This document shows positions 63,832-64,000 of a stretch of 64,000 nucleotides of DNA, piece by piece. The notes under the pieces were generated by a model. The model was not told the origin of the DNA. It saw nothing but the letters and a program-made list of their open reading frames with translations, and ran no database searches. The DNA comes from Tubulanus polymorphus (taxonomy: Eukaryota; Animalia; Nemertea), in the NCBI RefSeq assembly GCF_964204645.1, contig NC_134034.1, forward strand, positions 14,066,010-14,130,009. The letters run 5' to 3'. The position numbers and the translations under genes are program-made. Position 1 is the first letter of the stretch. Each line of letters starts with the position of its first letter.

Positions 63832-64000
63832 CCTGTACTGTTTCTGTCTGATTGATTGATAATTTGAGATGTTACATTCTGCTCTATTGTCACTGATTAT
63901 TGCTTCTTTTTCTTTTCAGAATGAAATGAATGCAATAGAATTTACTATTTAAACAGGCTCATTTAAAGGTAAGCAACAGCGCCACCACCAGCTGCAACAG

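Larger units (their letters stand above)
56328..64000. repeat. Unit B copy 4 (runs off the window)
   Basis: Offset 11140 from copy 3 (ORFs 47998 vs 59138). Confidence 0.95.

Overview
AT-rich animal (invertebrate-like) nuclear DNA with no intact protein-coding gene. The window is built almost entirely from two locally amplified repeat units. Unit A (~3-4 kb, about 8 partial or complete copies at 1-21157 and 37603-40810) includes a near-identical 3313-bp tandem. Unit B (~11-12.4 kb) has copies starting at 21158, 33575, 41398/46783 and 56328. Each unit carries a promoter-like block and a chain of GT-AG splice signals conserved between copies, but no usable ORF. They look like two tandemly amplified spliced non-coding genes, A on the minus strand and B on the plus strand; this is inference, with no expression data. 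Two unit-A copies carry an intron-containing, disabled two-exon fragment of an RNF19-family RBR E3 ligase. Unit B contains a tRNA-like head fused to four TTAGGG-type G-tracts ending in T5, a ~340-bp fold-back, ~200-bp inverted repeats around G-rich tracts, and B-box arrays. Many small insertions can be delimited by comparing filled and empty paralogous sites: a tRNA/CORE-like SINE, LINE 3' ends, and Harbinger-, hAT5- and MULE-like MITEs. There are also several mini- and microsatellites, which generate most of the long ORFs in the supplied track.
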